Positions 45,481-60,258 are shown, counted from the stretch's first letter. The stretch: DNA of 64,000 nt from Eledone cirrhosa (GCA_964016885.1 OZ024758.1:14074001-14138000), one strand, 5' to 3'. Numbers and translations are program-made. The notes: a model not told the origin generated them from the sequence alone.

Positions 45481-48400
45481 GTGAGGCCTTCCAATAGTGT
45501 GTTGATATATTGTATGGGTGTGTAGATATGTATTAGGTTATAGTGTGACCATATGTGTGTGTGTGTATCATCATCATCATTATCATCACTGTTTAAAGTC
45601 CATTTTTCTACACTTGCTTGGGTGTGTGTGTATCAGTCTGTGTGTAATTTCTAATATGTGAACAGATAGTTAATATTTAAAGGTTAATAATCTTTAATGA
45701 TTACCAACAGATGCCAGAGCTAACCACATGGCTCTAGGAGTTTCCCATCCAACCTGAAATTGTTCATTGTGGACAGGTAGGCCTACATACAACCAGTACA
45801 GCTAAGAAGAAGACAATAACATACTGTGATTTCATTAAACAGTAGATCAAAAACAGATGAATGAAAACTCTGAAGATAAAAATAAAAATACAACCACATA
45901 CACACAAACACGAGAAAAATAGTGATAGATGTTTTTATTCTGTAGATATATACGGAAAAAATGATACAGCATTTAATAGTTATAGTTTAATGCATTCATA
46001 ATTGTTTTAACTTAAGAGGATTTGAATATATATAAAAAAAAATGACCCATCAGTAATTTATTTCCAGTGTCGAGCAACAACAGGGTGACAATAAGTCACC
46101 AGGACAACTTGATAAAATTGTAAAGTTAAAATCTTTCTGATAAACAGTTGGCATCCCTCTGGGAAAAAGGCATGTGTGTGAGAGTGAGGAAAAAAAAAAT
46201 TAAAAGTTGGGGGGTTTTTCACAGAAGCAATATATCTTTTGAACAAAATGTAACTGGAAAGTTGTGTTCAATTGGTCCATTATAATAATGATAATAATGA
46301 AATATTGTGTACAGTGCTCAGGTGCACTACAACTCATCAAAAAGTGTATGTATAGTACATAGGGTAATGTACAAACGGCAGGAAAATGAACAGTGCACGA
46401 GTCATGATATACACGTGTGCATGTGTATGGAAGGGGTACATCAGGTGTAGTTTTGGCGAATTTTGGGAAGCATGAGGGTTTTAATGGATGCAGTGTCTCG
46501 GCAGCTAACAACTGACGCAGGCAGTTTGTTCCATGCTTCAGCAACTCTGAGTGTGAAAAAATGTTTCCAAAAGTCATGGGAGCTGTGCTGTTTTCTGATT
46601 TTGTAGGCATGTCCACGTGTGTTAGACACATGGAGATCAAAAAGGTGCTCAGGGTTGTTGTTGGTGAGATGGTTAATAACTTTGTGGGTGTTTACCAAGT
46701 CCACTGCCCAGGTGGTAAACATAATATTTAACCCTTTAGCATTTAAACTGGCCATATTCGGCCAGAATTCTCTCACCTCTTTCTGTTCAAACCAGCCACT
46801 CTTACTGATGTTAAGGTATACTTCTCAAAATAAATACAGCGAAATCCACGGGGTATATTCTTAATAACGAGATCGACCTAACACATCGAGTGTGTAGCTA
46901 GGGATTGAAAAAAGTTTTGTTATAATGGTATTTGTTATAACAAAATTTTACCTGTAATATCAAAATCTCATAGATTCGATATTATGTGATATAATAATGT
47001 GAGATAAAACCTTTACCATAAAAATACAATAGTATATATAGAGTAATGTAGATGTTAAAGGGTTAAAATTATTCTCCAAGATAAAAATGAAGCTAGTTTT
47101 TTTTAGTATTTTTATTATTACAGGCCAAATTATGATATCAGGCTGTGTTGAATAGTGAGTCATTCTAAATGAGAAAATATTTATCACAGTTTCATATAAA
47201 ACATTTTAAAAGTCAGATATAAAATATTTTTCAAAATTCTTTTATTATTTATCTTTGCCACACATCAGCAGAAATACCTTCTTTGAGATTTCTATGAGAA
47301 AATGAATACTGGTGGAATTTTATTAATTATACAACTACAAACATACAATCTGTAAAGATTATAACATACAAACAAATAGTTTTATTCGTATTGGGGATGT
47401 ATGAAACACAAAGTATTTTATGTATGAAATACAAAGTATTTTACAGTTGAATATACTTTTAGGAAAATATGAAAAAATATAAATCTAATGAGATAATGGT
47501 ATAAGAGTGTTTATGATATAAAATGTGCTTAGCTATGAATGAAATAAAGTTGTATATAATACTTTTGGTAGGTCATAGTTAAAGTAGAATGACAAAAATT
47601 ATCTCAACCATCATGCAAGTTTAACTAAGCATGGAAATTATTTCAAGACTGAGAATTTTAAGTACTATGCTTTTGAACTTAGCCAAAAAGCCAAGAGTCA
47701 TATTTTAATTATAATATAAAATAGCATATTAAATAAACACCCAAAATTTGAAAGTGTTTCAGGATCCAATTGCACCAGCCCATAGTAATGATTGGGTTTT
47801 ACATACCAGTTTTAAATTATAATACTATTTGATAATACAAGGTATGTGTATACAATAGTGGTTTCTGATTAAATCAACACCAGTGCATTACTGGTACTTT
47901 ATTTTATCAACCTCATAAGGAGGAAAGGCAAAGCTAACCTCGGTGAGATTTGAACTCAGAACGTAAAGGGCCATAACTCAATGCTACAAAGCATGTTGTC
48001 CGACGCTCTGTCGATTAAGCCAATCAACAGCCCTAGGTGTATACAACAATAATAATAATCACAAGTATACATTCACAGAAAGAACTAACAATACCAAGTT
48101 ATTTTCTCGAGAATGTTTTTGTTTTTTTAAAAGTAAAATAAAGAAAAGCCCCAAATCTTTAAACAGCATGACTTACCTTTATGTTAGAAATCTTGTTTTT
48201 TTATCAAAACATGTAAAATACATTTATATTTTTAAGTTGATAAATTCTACATTGAAAAGAATTTCTTTTGACAAGATACAAGGACAACCTTTGGTGTGTG
48301 TGTGTGTGAGTATGTGTGTATGTGCATGTGTGTGTATATGTATGTGCATGTGTGTGTGTGTGTGTGTGTGTATGCGCACGTGTGTGTGTATGTGCACGTG

Positions 48401-48586
48401 TGTGTGTGTGCATGTGTGTGAGTGTTGCACAAACACATGAATTTACTATAGTATGTTACAAGTACTAATTCTATTAACTCCACGTGGGTTTAAGAAAAAA
48501 AAACAGTACAAAGAGAAGGAAAAAAAAACTGAACACTGTAAAACATACATAGTTTTATATTCTGCCATTTCTGCTAAATTGCTACC

Positions 48587-48618
<32 letters not shown>

Positions 48619-49289
48619 GTGGTTTCTGATTTAGACACAAGGCCAGCAATTTTTTTTGGTACTTTATTTTATCAACACTGAAAGGATGAAAGGCAAAACT
48701 AACCATGGCAGGATTTGAACTCAGATCATAATCATAATAATAATGAGCAAATGAGGGACCCTCTACATGATTATGTGACCTGCTAGAAATAGCAGACAAA
48801 TCTCCAAATCAAATGCTACCATCTACATTGTAAAATGTCCTAGATATGCAGCCTGGAAAAAAAATTAGGATGGTTTACAGCTGTAATGTTTTTGACGAAG
48901 TGTTTGCGTGGGAGTCGACATGACTAACAACAACAACAATGGTTTCTGATTTAGGCGCAAGGCCAATATTTTTTTTTTGGGGGGGGGGGAGTCAATTAAA
49001 TCAACCCCAGTGCATTAATGGTACTTTATTTTATCGACCCCGTAAGGATGAAAGGCAAAGTTAACCTCGGCGGGATTTGAACTCAGAATAGCAAGGGCCG
49101 TAACTCTATGCGTCAAAGCATGGCGTCCGACCCTCTACCGATACTGCCAATCCACCACAAAGCTAAATAATGGTTTCTACATTTGGCACAAGGCCAGCAA
49201 TTGAAGGAAAGAGGAAAGTTAAATAAATCGACCCCCAGTGCGTTACTGGTACTTTATTTTATTGACCCTGTAAGGATGAAAGGCAAAGC

Positions 49290-50340
49290 TGAATATTAAT
49301 AACCACATTATCTCTGGCTGCCCAGTCTTAACCAAAAAAAAAAAAGAATATATCCATAGATATGATAGAATTGGGAATTACATACACTGGAAGTTATGCC
49401 AGCATTATGAAATACCAACAGAAAGAAATATGGTACAAACAGACTCCAAAAAAGGTGTCAGAGAAAGACAAAACAACCATACTTTGGGATATGCCAATAT
49501 ACGCAGACAGGGAGATCAAAGCCAACCAACCAGATATTATAGCCAAAGACTACAAAGAAAAAAGACATCTAATTGATGACAATATATCTACCAAGAAAAT
49601 GGAGAAATTATCTAAATATAAAGATCTAGAGACAGAAATAAACTGAATGTGGATGATGAAAACAGAAACAATACATATAATAATAGGTGCTCTGGGAATA
49701 ATAAAAACACACAGGCAGATACATTACCCAAACCCCAGGTCTCGCAAATATATACAGCACTACTAGGCACTGCATGCATATTACAAAGAGTACTCTCAAT
49801 ATAATAGAAACAACCCCAGCAAAAAACCACACTGCATACACCCAAGGTACACAGAGCTGTGCTCGGTAATGAAGTGAGGACATGCAATAAAAATAAATAA
49901 TAATAAGTTAAAAGTATGGATTTCCATGTGGAGAAAACGGTTATGAAGATGGTGTCATAAATGAGATGAGAATGCTAGAGAACGATGAAATAAAGCTCTT
50001 ATGGGATTTCTTAATTCAGACCAAGATGAAGCCTGAATACAACAAGCCAGATATTGTCAACTATTCTCTCAAAGATGTAGCGTGTCCTTTTGACACCAGA
50101 ATTGAATGAAAAGAGGAGAAAGTAGGGGCTTATACCAACTTAAAATATGAGATCTTGAAATGCTGGAGTCATGAAATAAAGACAGTCACCATTGTCCCAG
50201 TGGTGATTGATGCGCTTGGTATGGTGACAAAGAACCTTAAAAACTACCTGCCGAAGAAAGTCTATGCAAAGGGATTGAACTGCTCCAGACGACATTCTTA
50301 CTGGGAACTGTCTGAATACTGAGAAAGGTTGTGAACTACC
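49290..50340 (+). mobile_element. Two R4/Dong-like non-LTR retrotransposon endonuclease-domain fragments
   Basis: TILWDMPI..REIKANQPDII..KLSKYKDL and KLLWDFLIQT...NKPDIV...PVVIDALG. Confidence 0.65.
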
Positions 50341-51302
50341 AACAGTAGTGAAATGACAAGGAATATATATATAAATTTGAGCGACTTCCATCTGTCCATC
50401 ACACAATGATGAAGGAAGGGTGATGACGTCACACACTAGAGATGTTTGAGGAAAGAAGGAGTGTAAAATTTTTAGCCTGGTGTTTGACTAAATCAGTCAA
50501 CTGTCTACACTAGAAGAAGAAGGAAGCAGTTGACAAGATGCCAGACCTCATTTGCTTACCAAGTGGCATGGAACTCATGAAATCAGACCAAAGAAACAAT
50601 GTTTTCATTAGTCCTTTCATTGTTGATACTATCTACCAATCACAACTTCTAGCAGAAGAAAGAGCAATGTGAAATAAAGTGTCTTGCACAAAGAATAAAA
50701 AACACTTTACCCAGTCTGAGAATCATCACTAATAAAGAAACTATGGTGTTAATCAATAAAAAGAAATCTTATATTAGTATCAGCAAAAAAAACTGAATAG
50801 AAAGTCAAGGTGAAATCTGTGTGTAATGGAACAGTCTGTCACAATTGAGATAAAAATACATGACTGCAGACTAACAATCAATTATCTGTGACAAAGATCA
50901 GACAAAAGGAATCAGTGGAAAATTGGAGTCTATTATTTGGTAAATAGCAAACAAAGAAATTAAAACTTATTATCTGTGATGTTAAGGTGTTAGACTGATA
51001 AGGTTTCTGTTGGTTTGAATGATAATGCAACTGAATATCCTACTCATTAATGCTTTAACATTTAAACCAGCCACAATCCTCTCATCTCCTTCTGTTTAAA
51101 CTGGCTACACATACTGATGTTAAGGTATTGTTCTCAAAATAAATAACATCAAAATCTCATAGATTCGATATGTGAGATAATTATGTGAGGTAAAGATTTT
51201 AGCACAAAAATACAATAGTATATATAGAGTAATGTAAATGCTAAAGGGTTAAATTATTGCATAAGTGGTGAAGTTTTCCACAAACATATGCAACTGTTAA
51301 CA

Positions 51303-52100
51303 TACGAGGTATGTTCAATAAGTAATTGTTTCTACTTTTGGCACAAGGCCAGCAATTACCCAGTGTATTACTGGTACTTTATTTTATCGACCCCGTAAGG
51401 ATGAAAGGCAAAGTTAACCTCGGCAGGATTTGAACTCAGACCGTAAAGGGACGTAACTATGCTCGAAAGATGGCATCCGACCCTCTACCAATACTGCCAA
51501 TCCAACATTTCAGGAGAGGCAATAAATATTAGTCAATTGGAATGCTACTTCATGGTGAAGTAGACTTACATATAATATATAACGTAACTAACTGGCAACT
51601 TCCTATCTGCCTTGATTGGAGCACAGCTGCGTATACGGTGGAACCAGTGTAATCCGATTCACCGATCTGTCAACATGTAGCAAGATGCAGGGAAACATAG
51701 AGCAACATTATGCCATCAAATTTTGTGTTAAACTTAAGAAAACCAAACAAGAAGCCAATAAAATGTTAGAAGAGGCCTATGGAGTGAATTGGTGAGCAAA
51801 GCAAGTATGTACAAATGGTTTAAATGATTTTTTGAAGGAAATAAATAGGTTGAGGATGAACACAGATCTGAAGCACAGAACAACACATGAAAGGAGGAAA
51901 ACATTGAAGTTGCGAAGGTTAGTGATGCAAGACTGCCGAGCTACTGTGAGGACAATATCTGAAACTCCACAAAATCTGTGTCAAAGATCCTCTCCAATGA
52001 CCAGAGGTAGTTTCATATGGAATGCTCCACTGACATTCTTAATATGATAGAGGCTGATTCTGGTTTCCTGAATAAAGTAGTGACTCGTGGTGAGAGTTGG
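51303..52100 (+). mobile_element. Degenerate mariner with a SINE inserted just inside its terminus
   Basis: TACGAGGTATGTTCAATAAG terminus, IEQHYAIKFCVKLKKT HTH and VVTRGESW. Confidence 0.75.
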
Positions 52101-55100
52101 GTAGGTACTCAGCTATGACCTTTCATCAATCTGGAGTCAATCAAATAAAGTACCAGTAAAATACTGGGTTGATATAATCATCTTTCCCTTCTCCACAAAT
52201 TGCTGGCCTTGTGCCTAAATTATAAATTATTATCATCCTCACAAAGGTGATATTAAAGCACTGAATTATATGGTTTATAGGAGTTTATTGTCCACATTCC
52301 ACCAGGGTCAATTTTGATTTTCTTTCCTCTAAAATAAGTACTAGGATTTGACTGGGATCAGTTCTATTGAATGTACACTGCCTAACAATTTAAGGTCTAA
52401 TGCCACAAAATAATTTCAAAATGGTTTCGAGATTTCAGTAAAAATGCATCACAAGGTCACAATTGTGTAATAATAATACTGTTTTCAGTTATAAAGGTTT
52501 GTTATTTCAAACTTATAAGTAGGGTAGTGTTAGAAACGTTAGCATACTTAAATTAAAATTGCACACACACAAACACACATGCAGTATTTGTTCCCAATTG
52601 ATGAACAAATATCTGCTATTAAACAATTTCCCCATACACTTCCTGAATAATGGTTTCATAAAAAACAAGCATTTTAATTTCAAAATGACTAGATTTAAAA
52701 CAACAACAAAGAAATAATAATTTAAGATAAATTTAATGTAGACATAAACCACAGTTTTTTATTTGAAGCCTCACTGTGAAAAGAAGGAAGTAAAAACATA
52801 TATTTCACTTCCTTCTTCTCACAGCTAGGATTATACTTCAAAAACTGTTGTTATATCTACTTTGAAGTCACCTTAATCCTTTAGCATCTAAACTGGCCAG
52901 AATACCCTCTCCTCTTTCTGTTCAAACCGGCCATAACTAGCCATTCATACTGATGTTAAGGTATTGTTCTCAAAATAATATAAAAATCTCATAGATTCGA
53001 TATTATGTGAGATAAAGCCTTTACCATGAAAATACAATAGTAAATATAGAGTAATGTAAATGCTAAAAGGTTAAATCTTCTAATACGTTGTGTTTTGTAT
53101 AAATACTTGTTACTTTGGTGTAAAATAGAGGGAGAATATAATTTTTTTTAAATTGGAAATTAGAAGAAAATGAAAAGCAATTTAATTTTGGGGGTAAATA
53201 TTCAAATAGGTATGTACAGGCATGAACAGAAGAGTATCTGTGTAATTCTTTCATACCCACTGATTATGTTGTTGGCTATTCAGCAGATTTGGTATTGTTG
53301 TCATTGTTGTTTAGCCACAGGTCAGCCTCAACCCAGCAGACCTTTCGTTAAAAGCACACCAGACATGATTATAAGTTGTCTTTTCGGAGTTATCTAAGAC
53401 TAAACTATCAAATCTGTTTGTCCATATTTAAGACTGAGGTTTTATTTGATGGCGATTTGGTTACTATTTCTAGCATTTCAATGGACTATGTACAGACCCC
53501 CCTTTTGGCTTTAGTCTAACCCAAAACTGCCCCAGGTTCTAACATGTTTATTTTAAAGTATTTATATTTATCTAAAAACCTTCCATCATAATTCTATATA
53601 AGATCCTTTGTTAAAGTTAAGGGCCAAACACTAGCTTAATAATGAGAAAGTTAGTTAATCATTAAATCACTTAAAATGTTTGTTCTTCCGCTTCTTCACC
53701 CACCTATTCCTGAGAGGATCGTGGGGGGCAGAATCATCAAACACTCCTTCCAGCGGGTCCTGTAGGAAGCAACCATCTCCGAATGATCTGGCTGGATCCC
53801 CAAGCAAGACCAGGCCAGCTCATGGATGTTATCCAACCATCTTGCTCAGGGTCTCCTGCCAGTTCGTTTTACCCAAATTTTTTTGGGGTTTATTTTCAAA
53901 ATTACTTGAAAATAATAGGCAGGGTCTTTCTTTAGCAATATGGTAATAAGGGGTTAATATTGTTTTGTTATTGACTGGATCTTAATTTCGTTTATGTATA
54001 ACTGTTCCTTTTGGGGGTGGATTTCTAATATTTCAATGATAAATACTACAGATGTGAGTGTGTCCAAGTCACACACTCAAGGCAGTGTTTAAACATGAAC
54101 TTGGTCATTATAACTAAACCAAACTAAAGAATGCACACACACAGTCTGTTTGTTGTATTTATATGTATAGCAAGTACAGTGTAGTATCAGAAACATTATC
54201 AGTTAATTTAGTCTTCAATTGAGGCTCTCACTATTTCACACACACACATACATATACATATACATATACATATACACACACATACATACATACACACACA
54301 CATGACATACATACATACACACACACACATACAAATAAATACTATACAGATGTAAAAATGATCAGGCCTTTCACATCTGCTGATATGCTCAGCTAAAATT
54401 GTGATATGAATAACGTTTTCCTTTTTTTCTTTTAACCCCTCCCCCACACATACATACATATACATACACATACACACATATACATGCAATCATCATCATC
54501 AACTTTGCATCCATTTCTCCATGCTTGCACAGGTTAGATGAGTCATGGGTATATGTGTGGGGGTGTTTGTATGTGTGTGTGTGTATATATATGTGTGGTG
54601 GAGTGAGTGTGTGTATATATATGGGGGGGTGCATATGTGTATATGGGGGGGTGAGAGTGAGGGTATGGGGGGTGTATGGGGGTGAGTGAGTATATGTATG
54701 GGTGAGAGAGAGAGAGGGTATATGTGTATGGGGGTGAGAGTGTGTGTGTGTGTATGGGAGTGAGAGTATGTGTGTGTATGGGAGTGTGAGAGAGAGATGT
54801 ATGTGTGAGTGTGTGTACAATAATACAGTTTATAAAAAATACATTCAGATGAATTAAAAATTTGGTTGAGCAAGTATGATAAATAAATTCAAGAAAATAA
54901 AAACTTATAATACCGTATGTACTACCGATAAAACATATTGATGTAGAATTGGTTTTAAAAATTACTTCAAAATTATGTTGAAAGCTTGTTATGGCTTCCA
55001 GCTTCAAGTGTAAAGATTTATGAGAATATTTACTAAGACATATCCATGAACAAAAATAATTTTATGGAGAAGGAATTTAACATAATGTGTTTAGCAGATG

Positions 55101-55571
55101 TGTGTAGTTGACATGTAATTAGAAGATTAATGATACAATTAAATGTAATTAAAATGTAATTATTTTATATGAAGGTGTTGAGAAAGGTCAGTCGTTTATC
55201 ATCATCATCATCATCGTTTAACGTCCATCTTCCACGCTAACATGGGTTAGACGGGTTTTCTCCCACTTAAGGCAAGATTGGTCGGGTGACCAGTGTCTCA
55301 CTCATACAGAACTGTTTTTATATATATATATATTGCCAGGTGGTGCTATTAAGTTAGACATGGCCTGGGCCAATATTGCCCGAAACCTATCAAAGCTATA
55401 TATATATATATATCATCATCGTTTAATCTCCATCTTCCAATCTAGTATGGAGGGTATGCCCCTTTGTGAGAGATGAGGTCAGGGGACCATGATTCGCTCA
55501 CACAGAACTGATTTATATATATATATATTCATCATCATCATCATCATTTTACACCTGCTTGTAAGTGTATA

Positions 55572-55632
<61 letters not shown>

Positions 55633-55714
55633 TTATATATAGAAAACTAAACTTTCATGAGATTAAAAAAAAAAGTCCCAACCCAGAGAAATAATAGCTG
55701 GATATCTGTATGTC

Positions 55715-58129
55715 TTAGATTTCCCAGGAATTCAACCATTTTAGTTTATACATTTTACTTGACTCATCCATAGCCTCTGGACCAGACATACCATAAGCAA
55801 GTGGAGCAAATAAATAGAAACTGAATCCAAGGCATGAAATTAGGAGTCCTAGCGACCAGTGGAAGAAAGTGTTTGCTAAATGTTCTGGAAAACTTAGAGT
55901 AAAATGTGTCAGGAGAAAGTCGAGTACAATGGCAGTGAACATGGCATTGTATAAGAATGCTGGGAAATAATGGTGAAAATATAGAACCCGACTCATACCC
56001 CAGAATGGAAAATAATGCAAGGACCAACCAAGGATCAACCACCAACAGGAATTAAATGTCCTCTGGTTAAAGTCAATTAGTTTCTCTCGATAGGTGGGGT
56101 ATCGCTGATGACGAATCACATAAACTACATAAATGATGAGAAAGAGCACAAAAACAGCAATGTTTCCCCAGAAAACAATTGGATTTCCTAATAAATATAT
56201 CCGATGATCTTTACCAGAAAATGTTTGTCCTTTGTAGTCAATGGGCCACTGCCAGGGCCTGGATGTTAGTTCACCTTCGTTTGGTTTTAGGCCACTGTTG
56301 CCTTGAGTCATAACCACATGACTCTCAATAAATTTCTCTAAGAGATTAGGGGAATATACCTCAAAACTAACATTAGGCAACCGTGAATCCCACACCTCTT
56401 CAACACTCCACAAAGTTTTGGGATCTTTAATATTTGGGTTACAGGTAACTTCAAGCTGTTCCCAGCCCCATTTTGGTAATCTTTTATCATGGGACTGAAG
56501 TGCACATCGCATATAGTAATGTATTAAACGGACTTTACTACGTACAGTCTGTACAGAATTCCTCTCAGATGCTCCAACAATCTCAATAATCCACATATCA
56601 TTACCATCACCAACACCATCTTGACCATAGCCGGTCACTTGGTAATGTCTCTGTGTAATAGGGGCCACTTCCTGGTGGGTGTGTAAGTTCCGACGGGTGA
56701 CTACATGCTCAAGTCGGATCAAATCCCCATTTTTCAGGATCTGGGGTGATGTTGAAAACGGTGTTTCTCTTTCTGGATATTTAATTTTCCACAAGTTATT
56801 CTCATCTTTATGACTATAGGTTGTAATTTGTTGCTGTCGGGGTGGATGTTCTTCTGGGTAAAGATGGTGATGGGAATGTAAGTAAGCACCACCAGCTCTC
56901 TTCTGTTTTAGAGATATTATACTGCCATAGGCTACATTCTCTGGCATGCTGACATTATATAGTTTATTACCAATAAGTTGAGACTGAAATGCAGAACTGT
57001 AGAAACCATCCCCATTGCCACTTTTGTGAAGAATTTTAAAATGGGCACAAAATATAAGCATGTAGATAAATATTGGTAAAAGTATTAAACAAAGAGAACG
57101 AGCGATAAAATGCTGTATGAATAAACATATAGGTATGGATGTGTCACCGAGAATGTCCCATAAATCTTTGGCAGTAGTGTAGCCAGCGAGTAAAATAACA
57201 AATAACCCCACGAATTTGACCCCAATGGAAAATGAAAGGAGTAGTCCTGTGGTGGATAACCAAAACCACCACTGAAATGTAAAAGACTTTTGTCGCATTG
57301 ATACGAATTTAAGAATACTGTAGGTAGACATCATGATAAAAAACAAGAGTATAGGGTCGAGCAAAATATGTCTTGATAACGTTAGAATTCCTGTGTCAGC
57401 TAGAATGATAAGACCTGCTAGGAATGAAGCAATAATGGATTTGGTAAGTTCCCAAACAATTAGGAAACTGATGGGTATGATGGCAGTTCCGAGAAGAGCA
57501 CAGAAAACTCTCATTCCAACGTATTGTGTATCTTCGTACTCGTCTCCTGGTTTAGCAAAAGGAAAATTGCCATCGTAGCCACTAAGTAAACCAGAGAAAG
57601 CAATGAGCATCTTACCTAAAGGAGGATGGACATCAAAGAAAAACGTTCTCTGGATATACCAGCTGGCCATCTTCCCAAAATGAGTTTCGTCCCAACAAAC
57701 ATGAGGGGGTTCCTCAATATTGTAAAGACGAGATAACAACGATAATAAAGTTAATAAAGTTAAAGATGATACAAACAGTCTCTGATTACATGGCGATGAC
57801 GATATTTCCCTTTCTGTTGTTATCTTTTGGGGTGAAGTTTCATTTTTTATATTGTTGGTCACATTGCCATTTTCTTTGACAAAATATTCCGATCCATTAG
57901 CGAAATCTGTTATGTCGTTCTGTAAATATCCTTTACACCCGTCTATTCCCTCATCGGTTGCAAGTTCTGTACCATCTTCGGCCCCATCAACTGAGTGCTG
58001 TTCTTTAAGATTATCTTCACATTTTTTCCTGACTGCCAAGTACTTTGTTGTTAAGTTGTCTAGTCGACGATTTTGGCAGGGAAAATGATTACGAGGGATG
58101 GCATCCACCACGTTGATATCTTCACTCAT
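55715..58129 (-). CDS. POMT2: Protein O-mannosyltransferase 2, single-exon CDS, 804 aa
   Basis: Uninterrupted ORF with WDETHFGKM, FFFDVHPPLGKML, MIR domains (YLHSH), PKWGWEQLEVTC and RVLYFHHYFPA; these motifs fit POMT2 better than POMT1. First ATG is at 58129. Confidence 0.95.
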   Translation of the reverse strand: MSEDINVVDAIPRNHFPCQNRRLDNLTTKYLAVRKKCEDNLKEQHSVDGAEDGTELATDEGIDGCKGYLQNDITDFANGSEYFVKENGNVTNNIKNETSPQKITTEREISSSPCNQRLFVSSLTLLTLLSLLSRLYNIEEPPHVCWDETHFGKMASWYIQRTFFFDVHPPLGKMLIAFSGLLSGYDGNFPFAKPGDEYEDTQYVGMRVFCALLGTAIIPISFLIVWELTKSIIASFLAGLIILADTGILTLSRHILLDPILLFFIMMSTYSILKFVSMRQKSFTFQWWFWLSTTGLLLSFSIGVKFVGLFVILLAGYTTAKDLWDILGDTSIPICLFIQHFIARSLCLILLPIFIYMLIFCAHFKILHKSGNGDGFYSSAFQSQLIGNKLYNVSMPENVAYGSIISLKQKRAGGAYLHSHHHLYPEEHPPRQQQITTYSHKDENNLWKIKYPERETPFSTSPQILKNGDLIRLEHVVTRRNLHTHQEVAPITQRHYQVTGYGQDGVGDGNDMWIIEIVGASERNSVQTVRSKVRLIHYYMRCALQSHDKRLPKWGWEQLEVTCNPNIKDPKTLWSVEEVWDSRLPNVSFEVYSPNLLEKFIESHVVMTQGNSGLKPNEGELTSRPWQWPIDYKGQTFSGKDHRIYLLGNPIVFWGNIAVFVLFLIIYVVYVIRHQRYPTYREKLIDFNQRTFNSCWWLILGWSLHYFPFWGMSRVLYFHHYFPAFLYNAMFTAIVLDFLLTHFTLSFPEHLANTFFHWSLGLLISCLGFSFYLFAPLAYGMSGPEAMDESSKMYKLKWLNSWEI

Positions 58130-58545
58130 TTTTAAGGCACGGGTATAGAACGACAATAAAATATATTTAGTTCACACATACGTTCTTTCTTTTTACATGA
58201 TAACTATATGTAAGTCTGTCAATAGTCACACATTCTATTCACATTGTTTAAAACAATAACTCCCTGGTAACACCAGCGATCAACACTGTAATTTTTACCT
58301 TCCACCATAGAGTGTGAGAAGTTATCTCCCTTGAGTTTAGCCGCGCCCACTCTTAAAGATATATTATTTCAAAGATTTACCAAGCTTCCTGTTTCTTAAA
58401 TAGTCAGCATCCACGAACACATCTAACGCGTAGAAAAAAAGGCTTCAATGCGGTCACTCGACCTGCTAGAAATAGCAGCCATACATCGCTCATATTATAC
58501 CACACTGTCTAAAACAAGAAAAGAAAGCATTTGAAAATGTTGTTC

Positions 58546-58578
<33 letters not shown>

Positions 58579-58829
58579 GTACTATGCAAAAAAAAAAAGA
58601 AGAAAAAAACATGTTGATCATGGCTAGAACATCATTGATCATGGCTGGAATAATCATTAATCATGAGTCTGTTCGATCAAATCTTGAACTAGGTTTAAGC
58701 GACAAGAACATTATAAAGGCACGTCAAGATTCCCATAAGTATCTAACCGTGCTAACAATAGATATAAATGCCATTGATAAAACAATCAATCATCCTCTTT
58801 GTCCCTATCTATAATAATATACACGTAGA

Positions 58830-59280
58830 CACACACACACACACAATATACATATATATATATGTGTGTGTGTGTATGAATATATATATATATGTGTGTG
58901 TGTGTGTGAATATATATGTGTGTGTGTGCGTGTATATATATATATGTGTGTGTGTGTGTATGAATATATATATATGTGTGTGTGTGTGAATATATATGTG
59001 TGTGTGTATATATATATATGTGTGTGTGTGTGTATGAATATATATATATGTGTGTGTGTGAATATATGTGTGTGTGTATATATATATATGTGTGTGTGTG
59101 TGTGAATATATATGTGTGTGTGTGTATATATATATGTGTCTGTATATATATATATATGTGTGTGTGTATGAATATATATATATATGTGTGTCTGTGAATA
59201 TATATGTGTGTGTGTGAATATATGTGTGTGTGTGTATATATATATATGTGTGTGTGTATATATATATATATGTGTGTGAA
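58830..59280. repeat. (TA)n(TG)n compound microsatellite
   Basis: Direct inspection. Confidence 0.95.
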
Positions 59281-60050
59281 GAAAAAAAACGATGTTTTTA
59301 TTGATTATCGTACGTTTCGCAGATTATTGGCTCAAGGTCACCAATAAAAGCTATTGCCCCGCCTCCAACATCGATCCGCTTGGTTATTTGACGAAAAACA
59401 GGTCGATAATCAACAAAGACAAGTAAACGGAACTTCATTGTTTTCGTCCTTCATATATGTACTTTGCATTAGGTTATCGAGTGATTATATTAGTACCACT
59501 CCCAGTAATTCACTGAATCACCTACACACACTGTATGTATATATGTGTGTGTGTTATGTATATGTGTGTGTGTGTTATGTATGTATATGTGTGTGTTATG
59601 TATGTATATATGTGTGTGTGTATATATATATATATGCCACCAATACTTCAGCACTGGGTATATCAAAAGATTGAAATAGGAGAGGTAAACTTTGTTCCAT
59701 CATTATCTTTTTCTGTTTTTTCTGTTCAAATAACAGCCGTCTGATGAGGTCATGGCTGTTGCATAATGGTTATCACCAAAATATATATAACAGTGAATAT
59801 GAATAAACGAAGTTAATTTTAACCTGTTGACTTACATTTCTTGTTTATATATATATATATATATATTAAAATATATATATTTAATTGATCAAAAGAACAT
59901 CTATTTTATTAATATTTGTAATTTAATATTAATAACTCTGGAAAATTATTTTCTGTAGAGTGCTTCCAATCTACTGTAAAACTCATTCTTTGATGTACTC
60001 ATTGAATCTTGTTTAACTCTTCACTCTATATATATATATATAACTCTTCA

Positions 60051-60104
<54 letters not shown>

Positions 60105-60258
60105 CTGAAAGAGTGAAGAATAACTGGATTATCTTAAACGATAACTTATTATCCTATATATATATTATATATATATATATAACAAAGGAATTGTGGTAAG
60201 GAACCAGATGCACCATAACGCACCAGAGTACTCAATACTTAGGGTAGTAGAGTGGGAA

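Noticed and set aside
39478-45760. Extra terminal CCDC157 exons (acceptors near 39478, 41395, 43634 and 45710)
   Set aside because: Short in-frame stretches with no recognisable homology; the protein already has a typical length if it stops at 37487.
58130-58156. TTG-initiated N-terminal extension of POMT2 in the ORF track
   Set aside because: The first in-frame ATG (58129) is the simpler eukaryotic start.
59732-59760. CTGATGA as a hammerhead core or C box
   Set aside because: No GAAA after the stem and no matching D box.
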